Positions 43,798-53,270 of a stretch of DNA of 64,000 nucleotides are shown here, piece after piece. Source of the DNA: an uncultured Gemmatimonadales bacterium. Its GTDB lineage: Bacteria > Gemmatimonadota > Gemmatimonadetes > Gemmatimonadales > GWC2-71-9. A model generated the notes under the pieces. That model was not told the origin of the DNA and made no database searches. It saw nothing but the letters and a program-made list of their open reading frames with translations. How positions within the stretch are numbered: the stretch's first letter is position 1; every line of letters begins with the position of its first letter. The stretch spans positions 128,001 to 192,000 of the forward strand of contig CAVZZO010000003.1 in NCBI GenBank assembly GCA_963779755.1. The letters run 5' to 3'. Both the position numbers and the translations under genes were made by a program.

Positions 43798-43888
43798 TTC
43801 CTCACCTTCCTGTAAGGCATTCTGATACCGCCATTTATGGCATTACATCTCGAATTGGAGTGACGCCAGATCTCCCGACCACCTCAGG

Positions 43889-43902
43889 GCAATCGCTGTA
43901 CC
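43889..43902 (-). promoter_or_regulatory. Putative sigma-54 (-24/-12) promoter of clpB
   Basis: Minus strand GGTACAGCGATTGC = GG-N10-GC with TTGC, ~90 nt upstream of clpB. Confidence 0.5.
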
Positions 43903-43994
43903 CGATATTTGCGCCTTTTTGGCAGGGCGGACAGACGCGAGGGGAGCGAGTCAGTTGTCCTCGCCCCCCTCGAGTCTGTCCGGAACTGCGGGCC

Positions 43995-44426
43995 TCACGT
44001 CTGCCCCGCCTCCCGGCGCGCGATCATTTTTCTGGTTACTACCCGCTCTCCTTCCACGATGAGGCGCGCGTAGTAGATCCCCGTGGTGACCTCCCGCTTG
44101 CCGTCCCGATAGCGGCCATCCCAGTAGGCGACGAACTTGCCGCAGGACAACTGGAGGCTATTCAGCGTATCGCCTCTCCCCCGCAGTACGGGGGTGGCGA
44201 CCCACTGGGTCAGGACGTTGTAGATCCGCAGGCTGACAACGGGACGATGACCTTTGGCGCAGACCTCCTGGTGAATCTCGAACGGAATCGAAGTTGCCGG
44301 GAAGAACGGGTTCGGCGTGCTCTCTCCCAGTTCGACCCTCGGCGGCGGAGCGCTCTGTGCGCCCGCCGGAGTGCCGGTAGCCAGGAGGAGCCCCACCCAT
44401 AATCCCGGCCGCGTCCACCGGAACAT
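43995..44426 (-). CDS. Small secreted protein resembling a stand-alone FlgD-Ig / T9SS-CTD-like domain
   Basis: Signal peptide then LGESTPNPFFPATSIPFEI..VSLRIYNVL..YWDGR..TGIYYARL; AAGGAG RBS. Confidence 0.7.
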   Translation of the reverse strand: MFRWTRPGLWVGLLLATGTPAGAQSAPPPRVELGESTPNPFFPATSIPFEIHQEVCAKGHRPVVSLRIYNVLTQWVATPVLRGRGDTLNSLQLSCGKFVAYWDGRYRDGKREVTTGIYYARLIVEGERVVTRKMIARREAGQT

Positions 44427-44553
44427 GCGGACTCCTTACAGGATCAGGGTCGGATTGCCGCCTCCATGGCTGGGTGGGAACCGGCCGGCAAAGCCGGGCC
44501 TGTCAGGAAAATAGCGCCCAACCGGGTTGGGAGAAAGACGGATCCGTGGCTGC

Positions 44554-46704
44554 TCAGGGTCCCGGCCTTGCCGAGTCCACCCCGAGGTTTTGCAGGGCAA
44601 AGGCCCATCGATCGGCGTACTCGGCGATCTGCTTGTCCGTCGGCCGGTAGCCGTGACTTCCCTCCGTTTCAATTCGCACCAGGATCGGATGGTCGCAGGC
44701 CTGGGCGTGCTGCAGGGCCGCCGTGAACTTGTAGGTATGGCTGGGCACCACGCGGTCGTCATGGTCGGCGGTGGTCAGCAGGGTCGCCGGGTAGCAGGTG
44801 CCCGGGCGAACGTTCTGCAGGGGCGAATAGTGGATCAGCCACTGAAAGGCGGTGGAATCATCCGATGCCCCGTATTCCGGCACCCAGAACGCGCCGCCGG
44901 TGAATTTCTGGTACCGCAGCATGTCCATCACGCCCACCGCGGGAAGTGCGACGCCGGCCAGCCCCGGCTGCTGGGTCATGACCGCGCCGACCAGCAGGCC
45001 GCCATTGGAGCCGCCGAACATCGCGAGCCGCGACGGTGAGGTGTAGCCCCGGTCGATCAGGTAGCGCGCCGCGGCGATAAAGTCGTCGAAGACGTTCTGT
45101 TTGTTCTCCCGCATGCCGGCGCGATGCCACGCCTCGCCATACTCTCCCCCACCCCGGAGGTTGGGGACGGCAAACACCCCGCCCAGATCGAGCCAGCCCG
45201 CAAAGGCCGGGCTGTAGAACGGCAGCACGCTGATATCAAACCCGCCGTAGGCGTAGAGCAGCGTGGGATTCCGGCCGTCGAGCGTCACGTCCTTCCGGGC
45301 GACGATGAACATCGGGACGCGGGTCCCGTCCTTCGACGGATAGAAGACCTGCCGGATTTCGTACGGTGTCGCGTCGAATGCCGTGGTGGGCGCGTCGAAC
45401 GCGGTGCTCCGGCCGGTTCGCAGATCGTAGTGGTAGATGGTGCCGGGTTGCAGGAAGGAGGCGAACCCGTACCAGAGCTCGGGCGTGTCCTCGCGGCTGC
45501 TGAGGCCCGTCACGGTGCCGATCCCCGGCAACGGAATGGAATCGAGCAGGCGACCGTCCCGGGCATAGAGATCCAGGCGGCTCTTGACGTCCACCAGTGT
45601 CTGCACCACCAGCCGGCCGCCGGCCAGCGCGGCGGCTTCGATGACCCGGGGGCCGGCGGGAATGACCGTGCGCCAGTGGCTCCGCGCCGTATCGGACAGC
45701 ACCAGGGCGACGACCCGCCGGTTGGGCGCACCCAGGGTAGTCCGCAGATAGACGGTATCTCCCACGTTGCCCATGACCGAGTATTCCGCGTCCGGCCGGG
45801 GCGCGAGGGCGCGTACCGGCCCTGAGAAATCGGGATGCCGGGGATCGCCCAGGTCCTGGTAGTACAACTCGTTCTCGGTTCCGCCCGGGCTCACGTAATA
45901 CCAGAGGAAGCGCCCGTCTTCGGAAACCCCGCCACCCACGAAGAGCCGCGGATCGTCGGGACGCTGGTAGAGGAGCCGGTCCGAACTCTGCGGCGTTCCC
46001 AGGCGATGGTAGTACACCTTACCCTGGGTATTGGCTTCGCTCAGCTCGCGCCCCTGCTCCGGCGCGGCGAACCGGGAATACACAAATCCGCGGCTGTCCC
46101 GGGTCCAGCTGGCGCCGGAGAACTTGATGTCCCGCAGCGTGTCGGGGAGATCGGCACCGGTGGCGAGATCCCGGATGAACCAGTTCTGCAGGTCGGAGCC
46201 GCCGGTCGCGAGGCCGTAGGCCATATAGCGGCCGTCGGGGGAGACGCTGAACGAGCTGAAGGCGACGCTCCCGTCGGGCGAGAGCGCGTTGGGGTCGAGC
46301 ACCAGCCGGGCGGTGCCGGCGAGCGAATCCCGGGCGTAGAGCACCGACTGCGGCTGCAGCCCGTTATTTCTGCGGTAGAAGATGCGCCCGGCTTCCCGGC
46401 CCGGCAGGGAGACGCGCGGGTAGTTCCAGAGACGGGTGAGCCGGTGCCGGATCCGTTCCCGGTCCGGCAGCCGGGCCAGGTAGGCCCGGGTCAGTTCGTT
46501 CTCACTGGTGATCCACGATCGGGTGGCGGGCGAGCCCTGGTTTTCCAGCCAGCGATAGGGCGCGGGCACGCGGGTGCCGAAGTAGGTGTCCACCACCGAA
46601 TCGCGCGGAGCGAGCGGATAGTGCCCCTGCTGCCCCCGGAGTGATGCGGGCAGGAGCAGGAGCACGAGCAGCCGGCCGGCCATGCGCGGAACCGACGATA
46701 GCAT
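44554..46704 (-). CDS. Prolyl oligopeptidase (S9A), secreted
   Basis: PYRWLE, YAYGGF, NLRGGGEYGE, GGSNGGLL, DHDDRVVP, GSHG catalytic motifs. Confidence 0.96.
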   Translation of the reverse strand: MLSSVPRMAGRLLVLLLLPASLRGQQGHYPLAPRDSVVDTYFGTRVPAPYRWLENQGSPATRSWITSENELTRAYLARLPDRERIRHRLTRLWNYPRVSLPGREAGRIFYRRNNGLQPQSVLYARDSLAGTARLVLDPNALSPDGSVAFSSFSVSPDGRYMAYGLATGGSDLQNWFIRDLATGADLPDTLRDIKFSGASWTRDSRGFVYSRFAAPEQGRELSEANTQGKVYYHRLGTPQSSDRLLYQRPDDPRLFVGGGVSEDGRFLWYYVSPGGTENELYYQDLGDPRHPDFSGPVRALAPRPDAEYSVMGNVGDTVYLRTTLGAPNRRVVALVLSDTARSHWRTVIPAGPRVIEAAALAGGRLVVQTLVDVKSRLDLYARDGRLLDSIPLPGIGTVTGLSSREDTPELWYGFASFLQPGTIYHYDLRTGRSTAFDAPTTAFDATPYEIRQVFYPSKDGTRVPMFIVARKDVTLDGRNPTLLYAYGGFDISVLPFYSPAFAGWLDLGGVFAVPNLRGGGEYGEAWHRAGMRENKQNVFDDFIAAARYLIDRGYTSPSRLAMFGGSNGGLLVGAVMTQQPGLAGVALPAVGVMDMLRYQKFTGGAFWVPEYGASDDSTAFQWLIHYSPLQNVRPGTCYPATLLTTADHDDRVVPSHTYKFTAALQHAQACDHPILVRIETEGSHGYRPTDKQIAEYADRWAFALQNLGVDSARPGP

Positions 46705-46706
46705 GA

Positions 46707-48557
46707 TCAGTCTCCTCGGGAAGCGTTGACCCGGCGCACATCGCCGGTGCGGGTGGTGATACCCCGCCGGTCGGCCCATTCCAGCAGCGGGATGAGATAC
46801 TTGCGGCTGAGCCCCAACCGCTCGCGCAGGCGCGCGGGTGTGACCTCGCCGCCGTCTCTGGCGAGCTCGCGCAATGCGGCCTCGAAACCCTGCAAGGCCT
46901 CCCGGGAATAGTACCTGCCCTCCTCCACCGGTTCGACCCTGCCCTCCCGCGCCGCGATCCGCAGGGCCGCGCCCGCGTCTGTCAGCCCGGTTTCGGCCGC
47001 CAGCTCGGTCACCGTGGGCGGCGCCAGCCCGGCCGCCGTGACCGCGGCCACCAGCCGGTCCACCTGTCCCGCGCCGCCGGCCACCGCGGGCTCAAAGCCG
47101 GGCAGATGAGCCACACCACCGTTCTGCACCACCTGCCCATGCTTCTGCCGGTCGGCCAGGACCGCATCGGCCAGCCACGCGGGCGCGCGCAGCAACTGCC
47201 GGAGCGAGGCAAGCGGCATTCCCGGATCGCTGGGATGCTGCCGCTGATAGCGGCTCAGCGCCTCCTGGATGCGCGTCGCCAGGTCCGCCATGCGACGGGG
47301 CAGCACCAGCCGTTCGCCGATGCGCCGCACGCTCGCGCGCTTCACTACCCCTTCCACGGCGGCCGGCGCGATGCCCAGCAGGATCGGCAGGCTGCTCAGT
47401 TCGATCCCGTCAGGCCGGCGCTCCAGGAGCGCGCCCAGCCGCTCGACCGGCTCGGCTGACGCCAGTTCGGCGGGCCAGGCCACCCGGCGACGGGCGGGAG
47501 AGGGGTCGAGCACCCAGCCACCGGCGATGGTGGTCACCGGGCTGTAGCTTCGGAGGACGAGGCGATCGCCGCCCCGAGCGGCGATCGGGGTCTCCAGCGC
47601 GAGCCGCACCAGACCCTCCTCGCCCGGCTCCAACCTGCCCCGCGGATAGGCCCGCGCCAGGAGCTCCGCCGTGCCCAGGTGCAGATGGAGCCGGGTCCGG
47701 GTGGTGAGCGGCCGGGGGGTCTCGGGCAACAGCCGTAGCCAGACATCGAGAATCCCGGAGGGGACCCAAGGATCGCCCGCCGAAACCAGGAGCTGTCCCC
47801 GCTCGGCCTCCTGCCGGTCCACACCGGCCAGGCCGATCGCGGTGCGAAACCCGGGGGCCGCGCGTTCCGCCTGGCGTCCGTGCATCTCGATCGAGCGGAC
47901 CCGCGCCTCCCGGCCGGACGGCATGAGGCGCACCGCGTCGCCCACGCCCAGCGTGCCGCTCCAGGTAGTGCCCGTCACCACCGTTCCGACGCCCGGCAAA
48001 GAGAAGACCCGGTCGATCGGCAGCCGGAAGAGGTCCGACCCGGGTCGCGGTTCCGCTGCCAGTGCGGCGGCGCGGATTCGCTCGCGCAGTTCCGGCACAC
48101 CGGCACCGGTGCGCGCGGAGACCACTGCGGGCGGGTCGAAGCGAATCGGGGAACGGGCCAGCCGCTCGGCCAGCTCGAGCTGCACCAGTTCCAGCCAGTC
48201 GGCGTCGGCCAGGTCGGCCTTGGTGATAACGGGGATACCCCGGGGGATGCCGAGCTGCTCGGCCACGGCCAGATGTTCCAGCGTCTGGGGCATGACTCCC
48301 TCGTCGGCGGCAACGACGAGCAGCATCAGGTCCATGCCCGAGGCACCCGCCACCATGGTGCGGACGAAGTCTTCGTGCCCCGGCACATCCACCATGCCTG
48401 CCAGCCGTCCACCGCCCAGGTCGAACGGTGCGAAATTCAATTCGATGGTTATGCCCCGCCTGCGTTCCTCCTGCAGGCGGTCCATCCGGGCGCCGCTCAG
48501 CGCCTCGAGCAGGGCCGACTTGCCGTGATCGATATGCCCAGCCGTCCCGATGATCAC
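46707..48557 (-). CDS. selB: Selenocysteine-specific elongation factor
   Basis: IIGTAGHIDHGKS, DVPGHEDFVRTMVAGA, C-terminal winged helix LGLSRKYLIPLLEWAD. Confidence 0.96.
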   Translation of the reverse strand: MIIGTAGHIDHGKSALLEALSGARMDRLQEERRRGITIELNFAPFDLGGGRLAGMVDVPGHEDFVRTMVAGASGMDLMLLVVAADEGVMPQTLEHLAVAEQLGIPRGIPVITKADLADADWLELVQLELAERLARSPIRFDPPAVVSARTGAGVPELRERIRAAALAAEPRPGSDLFRLPIDRVFSLPGVGTVVTGTTWSGTLGVGDAVRLMPSGREARVRSIEMHGRQAERAAPGFRTAIGLAGVDRQEAERGQLLVSAGDPWVPSGILDVWLRLLPETPRPLTTRTRLHLHLGTAELLARAYPRGRLEPGEEGLVRLALETPIAARGGDRLVLRSYSPVTTIAGGWVLDPSPARRRVAWPAELASAEPVERLGALLERRPDGIELSSLPILLGIAPAAVEGVVKRASVRRIGERLVLPRRMADLATRIQEALSRYQRQHPSDPGMPLASLRQLLRAPAWLADAVLADRQKHGQVVQNGGVAHLPGFEPAVAGGAGQVDRLVAAVTAAGLAPPTVTELAAETGLTDAGAALRIAAREGRVEPVEEGRYYSREALQGFEAALRELARDGGEVTPARLRERLGLSRKYLIPLLEWADRRGITTRTGDVRRVNASRGD

Positions 48558-49315
48558 GCGCGCTCCCAGGGCCGGTCCAGCCAGAACTGCAGGGCCGGCA
48601 GCGATCCGCCCTCCGCCAGGTGGTGCCGGATATAGCGGCCCAGGAGACGCCGGTGCGCGGCGGCGCGCGGCGCGTCCATCGGCGGCGGATCGCGGTCGGG
48701 TTGCAGCAGCACCTCCAGGTCCGCGCGGTCGGCGGCCCGGAGCCGGGCCGCCTCCGTGACGCCCCGGGCGCAGCCGGGACAGAGCGCGCCGCCATCGCGG
48801 GCGCTGAAGACCAGGCCGCCCTCCGGCAACGCGGCGCCGTCGCGCACGCAGAAGTCGAGGGCGGGACTGAACCCCAACTCGGCCACCAGCAGCCAGACTG
48901 CCCGGAGCGCGACCGGCTCGACCGACGCGGCCGCGGTCTGTTCGATGGCATCCAGGCCGGTCTCCAGCGCCAGGTACGCTTCCGGATGGGCCTCCGCCGG
49001 CGCGAATCGCAGTATCACCTCAGCCAGGGCCGCCGCCGCCGCGTACCGGGGCATCTCGCGCGTCACCCCGATCCGCACCCGGAAGGGATCGAACGCCGTC
49101 AGCAGCTGGAGATCGCGGTGGGCATGCAGAATGAGGCTCGCTTCCCCGCCGCTCAGCACCTGGAGCGCGGCACCGAACCGGCTGCGCGGGCGGGAGGCGC
49201 CCTTGGCGATGGCGCTCTGGACCCCGTGATCGCGCGTGGCCAGTCGCACGATCTTGCTGGTCTCGCCATAGCGGAAGGCGGTGAGAATGATGGCCGGCGT
49301 GATGGTCGAGGGCAT
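48554..49315 (-). CDS. recO: DNA repair protein RecO
   Basis: YGETSKIVRLATRDHG..AKGASRPRSRF and Zn-finger-like CVRD..GGALCPGC. Confidence 0.93.
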   Translation of the reverse strand: MPSTITPAIILTAFRYGETSKIVRLATRDHGVQSAIAKGASRPRSRFGAALQVLSGGEASLILHAHRDLQLLTAFDPFRVRIGVTREMPRYAAAAALAEVILRFAPAEAHPEAYLALETGLDAIEQTAAASVEPVALRAVWLLVAELGFSPALDFCVRDGAALPEGGLVFSARDGGALCPGCARGVTEAARLRAADRADLEVLLQPDRDPPPMDAPRAAAHRRLLGRYIRHHLAEGGSLPALQFWLDRPWERA

Positions 49316-49335
49316 GCGAGCGAATACTACGGTGA

Positions 49336-49392
49336 AAGGGAACGGGAGAACAGGGAACCGGACGCTTCCCGGTCCCCTGTTCCCCGTTCCCT
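49336..49392. repeat. Heptamer-type inverted repeat element
   Basis: agggaac gggagaac agggaac cgg ... ccggtccc ctgttccc cgttccct. Confidence 0.75.
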
Positions 49393-50446
49393 ACTGGGGC
49401 GGGATCATCGTCACCGCGGCCGCGATGGAGCATTCCCCCAGCGACACGCTGCCCGATTCGGTCAGGTCGGTTCGGAGGATGTGCGCGGTGCCGGGCTGGC
49501 CGCCCTGGCAGGGGCCGGTACTGATGGCGTAGATCCGGCCCTCGCTGTCTACCGCCACCGAGGAATTGCCGGGAATACCGATGCCGTTCCCCGCCCCCAG
49601 GACGACGGTCCGGGTGTGAATATCGAACTCCATCAGGCCTTCGCTGAACGAGCTGATATAGAGCCGGTCGCCGCCGTCGCTCGCCATGGCGCCGGGCGCG
49701 GTGCCGAAGCCGGCAAAACTGGCCAGCTCCTGCCGGCCCACGGGGTCGACGATCGACAGCCGCCCTTCGCCCTGGGAGTAGCTGCCGGAGCTCATCACAT
49801 AGAGCAGTCCGTCGCCCCCCACCGCGGCGAAGCCGGCATTTCCCGGCCCCGGCAGCGGAATGGAATCCACATCGTCGGCGAGCGCGTTGGTGGCCGGATC
49901 GACTACGCTGATCCAGCTGGGCCCGGCCGGCGCGAACTGAACCAGATTGCCGTTCAGGACAAAGATCTTCCCCCGGGTATAGACCACATTCTGGGGGTAG
50001 ACCCCGACCGCCACGCTGGCGGTGTCTCCCGTCCGGTAGTTCACCCGGGTTACGCTGTTCAGGTTCGGATTGGCCACGTACGCAATGGAATCATCCACGA
50101 TGGCCGCGCCGGTGGCGCCCGACCCGGCCGGCAGCGGAATACGCCGCGCCACCTGCTGGGACTGGAGGTCCACCACCGCCACGCTGTTGTCCAGGCCGAG
50201 CGGCACCAGGGCCCAGGCGTTCCGGGCGGTCACGGTCGTCGGCGTCGGTGTGGTTCCGCCGAGCGGGATGGTGACCGCCGCTCCGGGATTGTGCACCGGC
50301 ACCATGCTGAGCGACGATTCGGTGCTGTTCACCACCAGCAGGACTTCATCCGGCGGAGGAAGCGGCGCAGTGGTATCGGCGCAGGCGGCGGCAACCAGGA
50401 GGGCAGCCGCGGCGAGGGACATCCGGAAACCGAGCGCGGTGGTCAT
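49391..50446 (-). CDS. Beta-propeller (YncE-like) lipoprotein in the cobalamin operon
   Basis: Lipobox VAAAC; repeated YVAN..NSV, VGVYP, ISVVDP blades; ATGA-coupled to the TonB receptor. Confidence 0.8.
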   Translation of the reverse strand: MTTALGFRMSLAAAALLVAAACADTTAPLPPPDEVLLVVNSTESSLSMVPVHNPGAAVTIPLGGTTPTPTTVTARNAWALVPLGLDNSVAVVDLQSQQVARRIPLPAGSGATGAAIVDDSIAYVANPNLNSVTRVNYRTGDTASVAVGVYPQNVVYTRGKIFVLNGNLVQFAPAGPSWISVVDPATNALADDVDSIPLPGPGNAGFAAVGGDGLLYVMSSGSYSQGEGRLSIVDPVGRQELASFAGFGTAPGAMASDGGDRLYISSFSEGLMEFDIHTRTVVLGAGNGIGIPGNSSVAVDSEGRIYAISTGPCQGGQPGTAHILRTDLTESGSVSLGECSIAAAVTMIPPQ

Positions 50447-52473
50447 GGCAGGTCCAGGGCAATGGTCAGGCTGAGGGAGCGTCCCGGCGTGGGGTAGCCG
50501 GCGATATACTCCGGGCGAGCATCGGTGAGGTCATTCAGCGCCAGCTGGAGCCGCAGGGCTTCCGTCAGCGCGCGTTCCAGGCTCAGGTCCAGCACATCGA
50601 GGGGGGGTAGCGGATTGGTGCCGGCGCTGTTGGGGAAGCGCCGGCCCAGGTGATGCCACCAGGCGCCGAGCCGCCAGCCTGGTGGCGACCAGGAGGCGCC
50701 CAGCGTCTGGGTGAATCGCGGCCGATAACGAACCTGCGCGCCGCCCGGCGTATCATAGGTGACGGCGCTCCACTGGGTGTGGCCGCTCACCAGGAGCGCG
50801 GCCATCGGGCGCCACTCCATGCCGAGCGAAGCGAGCCGCCGCCACACGTCGAAATTCTGCGGGCTCCAGACAAAGCGAAAATCCGGGCTCCACAAGACCA
50901 TATCGGCGACATGCGCGATCGATCCGTCAAGATCGACGCGAATCGCGCCAGGCGCGCCCCGAATCTCCCGGCTCAGCCCGGCGCTGGCCTCCCACTGTAC
51001 CCGCTCGGGACGGAGGTCGGGATTCACGCGTACGCCGACGCCCTCCCGGAACAGGAGATCGGCCAGGACCGGGATACTGGTCCCGCTGCCCAGGCCGACG
51101 GTGATCCGGGTGGGCCCCCGCTGCAGCGCCGCGTCGAGACGCGCGCTCACGGCCGTCTTGGCCGCGCCCGACCACCCATCGACCCGCAGCGAAGGGCTCA
51201 GTCTCAGCGCCCCCCGTTCGAGGTCCAGCCCGAGACCGGCTCCCCCCCGGGTGAAGCTGGCCCCGGAGCGGACCGCGTCACCCCGGAAGCGGTCGTGCCG
51301 CGCGTCGGCCCCCAGGCGGTATTGTCCGCGCCAGCCGGCCAGGGTGACAACCCGGTGCCAGCCGAACTCCGCGGAGAACCCCACGCCTTCGGTGGCGGCG
51401 TCGTACGCGATGAACCCGGGCGGCGGATTGCCGTCCCGCGCGCGGGTGCGCAACCATTGCGCGGACGCCTTCAGGTCGACCGTCCCACGATGGCTGAGGC
51501 CCAGAAAGGCGGACCGATCGCTCGCGTCGGCGGCCGGCGTCGGATTCGTGGTGGTACCCGGCAAGCCCCGATCGGAGGCGCTGGCCCGGAGAGTCGTCTC
51601 CCAGCTCCCTTCGGTGCGCAGGTGAAGGCGGTAGAGCGTACCGCCGGCATTGAGCCGGGTGGCCTCGCCTCCGCCGGGTGTGGTGTAGCCGAAATCCCGG
51701 GGCGACTGCTCGATCGAGAGCGATGCGCTGAGCCCGCTGCGGGAGAGCGCAACCCGCGCTCCCCGGCTCTGATTGCTCCCGGCCCACAGGCTGGCCTGGG
51801 GCGACAGCCGCGATCTGGTGGTGATGGCGAGTACGCCGCTCACCGCGCGCCCACCTCCTCCGGTGGTCTGCACTCCCGATGCCAGGCGCACCCGCTCGAC
51901 GTCGCGAGTGCTGATCTGGCCGAGGTCGGCCCGACCGGTAAGGGGATCGTTCAGCGGGAAACCGTCCACCGTCACCAGCAGCTCGTCCGGGCCGCCACCC
52001 GGAGCCTGGGGCTCTGCCGGCCCGGCACCATCGCGCCGAACCACCAGCAGACCCTGCCATCCGTCCAGCGCCTGCGCCAGGGTCCGGCCACGCGTCTGCA
52101 GCGCCACACCCGTGATGGTCGCACCACCGGCCGCCGCGTTTGCGATCAGCGGCTCCAGCGCAACCGGTGCCGCCCGGAGGGCGACCGTCAGGCTGACCGA
52201 TTCGCCCGGCGTTATGTCCACCGGCCGCTCGGCGGCGGCGTATCCCAGCGCGCCGACCCACAGCCGCAGATACCCGGCCGTAACGGCCTCAAACCGGAAG
52301 CGGCCCTGGGCATCGCCATCCCGGGAATCGGCGCCCAACCGGACGCGGGGATAGGGCACCGGTGCCCCGGTGGACTGATCAACCACCTGGCCCGTCAGCC
52401 GGGCCGGCGCCTGCGCCTGCAGCGGGAGCACCGGCAGCAGGATCAGCAGGAGCGCCGGGACCAGGCGGTTCAT
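50443..52473 (-). CDS. TonB-dependent receptor (BtuB-like) with N-terminal carboxypeptidase-like Ig domain
   Basis: Plug motif LVTVDGFPLND..DVERV, NPDLRPER, C-terminal PTPGRSLSLTIALDL; under the B12 riboswitch. Confidence 0.85.
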   Translation of the reverse strand: MNRLVPALLLILLPVLPLQAQAPARLTGQVVDQSTGAPVPYPRVRLGADSRDGDAQGRFRFEAVTAGYLRLWVGALGYAAAERPVDITPGESVSLTVALRAAPVALEPLIANAAAGGATITGVALQTRGRTLAQALDGWQGLLVVRRDGAGPAEPQAPGGGPDELLVTVDGFPLNDPLTGRADLGQISTRDVERVRLASGVQTTGGGGRAVSGVLAITTRSRLSPQASLWAGSNQSRGARVALSRSGLSASLSIEQSPRDFGYTTPGGGEATRLNAGGTLYRLHLRTEGSWETTLRASASDRGLPGTTTNPTPAADASDRSAFLGLSHRGTVDLKASAQWLRTRARDGNPPPGFIAYDAATEGVGFSAEFGWHRVVTLAGWRGQYRLGADARHDRFRGDAVRSGASFTRGGAGLGLDLERGALRLSPSLRVDGWSGAAKTAVSARLDAALQRGPTRITVGLGSGTSIPVLADLLFREGVGVRVNPDLRPERVQWEASAGLSREIRGAPGAIRVDLDGSIAHVADMVLWSPDFRFVWSPQNFDVWRRLASLGMEWRPMAALLVSGHTQWSAVTYDTPGGAQVRYRPRFTQTLGASWSPPGWRLGAWWHHLGRRFPNSAGTNPLPPLDVLDLSLERALTEALRLQLALNDLTDARPEYIAGYPTPGRSLSLTIALDLP

Positions 52474-53270
52474 GAGGCCGCTCCCGACCGTTCGCCCGGT
52501 CGCAGCGGAATCACCTGCGGGCTGCCGTCCTCCCACCGGGCCACCGCCACGGGCCAGCGGAACACGCGGGCGAGCACCTCTTCGGTCAGCACCGCGGCCG
52601 GGGGTCCCTCGGCGAGGACGCGTCCGCCGGCAAGGAGGACCATCCGGGTGGCATAGCGGGCGGCAAGATTCAGATGATGCGTAATGACCAGGGCGCCGAG
52701 TCCCTCGGCCACCAGCCGTGCGATCAGTTCGAAGACTTCCATTTCATAGTGCACGTCGAGGGAGGCGGTCGGCTCGTCCAGCAGCAGCGCCTGGGGCCGC
52801 TGGGCCAGTGCCCGGGCGATCCGGACCCGCTGCCACTCGCCGCCCGAGAGCGTATCGGTGCGCCGGTCGCCCAGGGCGAGCACGTCACAGCGGCCCATCG
52901 CCTCGCGCACGCGGGCGTGGTCTTCCGCCGTGGCGGGCGCCAGCGGGCCCAGATGGGCATAGCGCCCCAGCATGACCGCGTCGCTGACCCGCAGCGGGAA
53001 TATGGTCTCCTCCCGCTGGCCGACCACGCCGATGATGCGGGACAGCTCCGCTCGGGTCCAGAGCGCGCGGTCGCGGCCTGCCACGGTGACGCTACCGCGG
53101 GTCCGCGGCGCGGTTCCCAGGATGGCCCGGAGCAGCGTGGTCTTTCCCCCGCCGTTGGGGCCCACCACGGCCAGCAGTTCTCCCGCGTCGAGGCGGCAGT
53201 CCACCCCTTCCAGCGCCAGGGTATCGCTGCCGGGATAGCGGACCGTGAGATCGTGCGCGTCGAGGATCAT
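52470..53270 (-). CDS. Cobalamin/Fe-siderophore ABC ATPase (BtuD/FecE-like)
   Basis: GPNGGGKTTLL, LSGGEWQRVRIARALAQ, LLDEPTASLD. Confidence 0.92.
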   Translation of the reverse strand: MILDAHDLTVRYPGSDTLALEGVDCRLDAGELLAVVGPNGGGKTTLLRAILGTAPRTRGSVTVAGRDRALWTRAELSRIIGVVGQREETIFPLRVSDAVMLGRYAHLGPLAPATAEDHARVREAMGRCDVLALGDRRTDTLSGGEWQRVRIARALAQRPQALLLDEPTASLDVHYEMEVFELIARLVAEGLGALVITHHLNLAARYATRMVLLAGGRVLAEGPPAAVLTEEVLARVFRWPVAVARWEDGSPQVIPLRPGERSGAAS

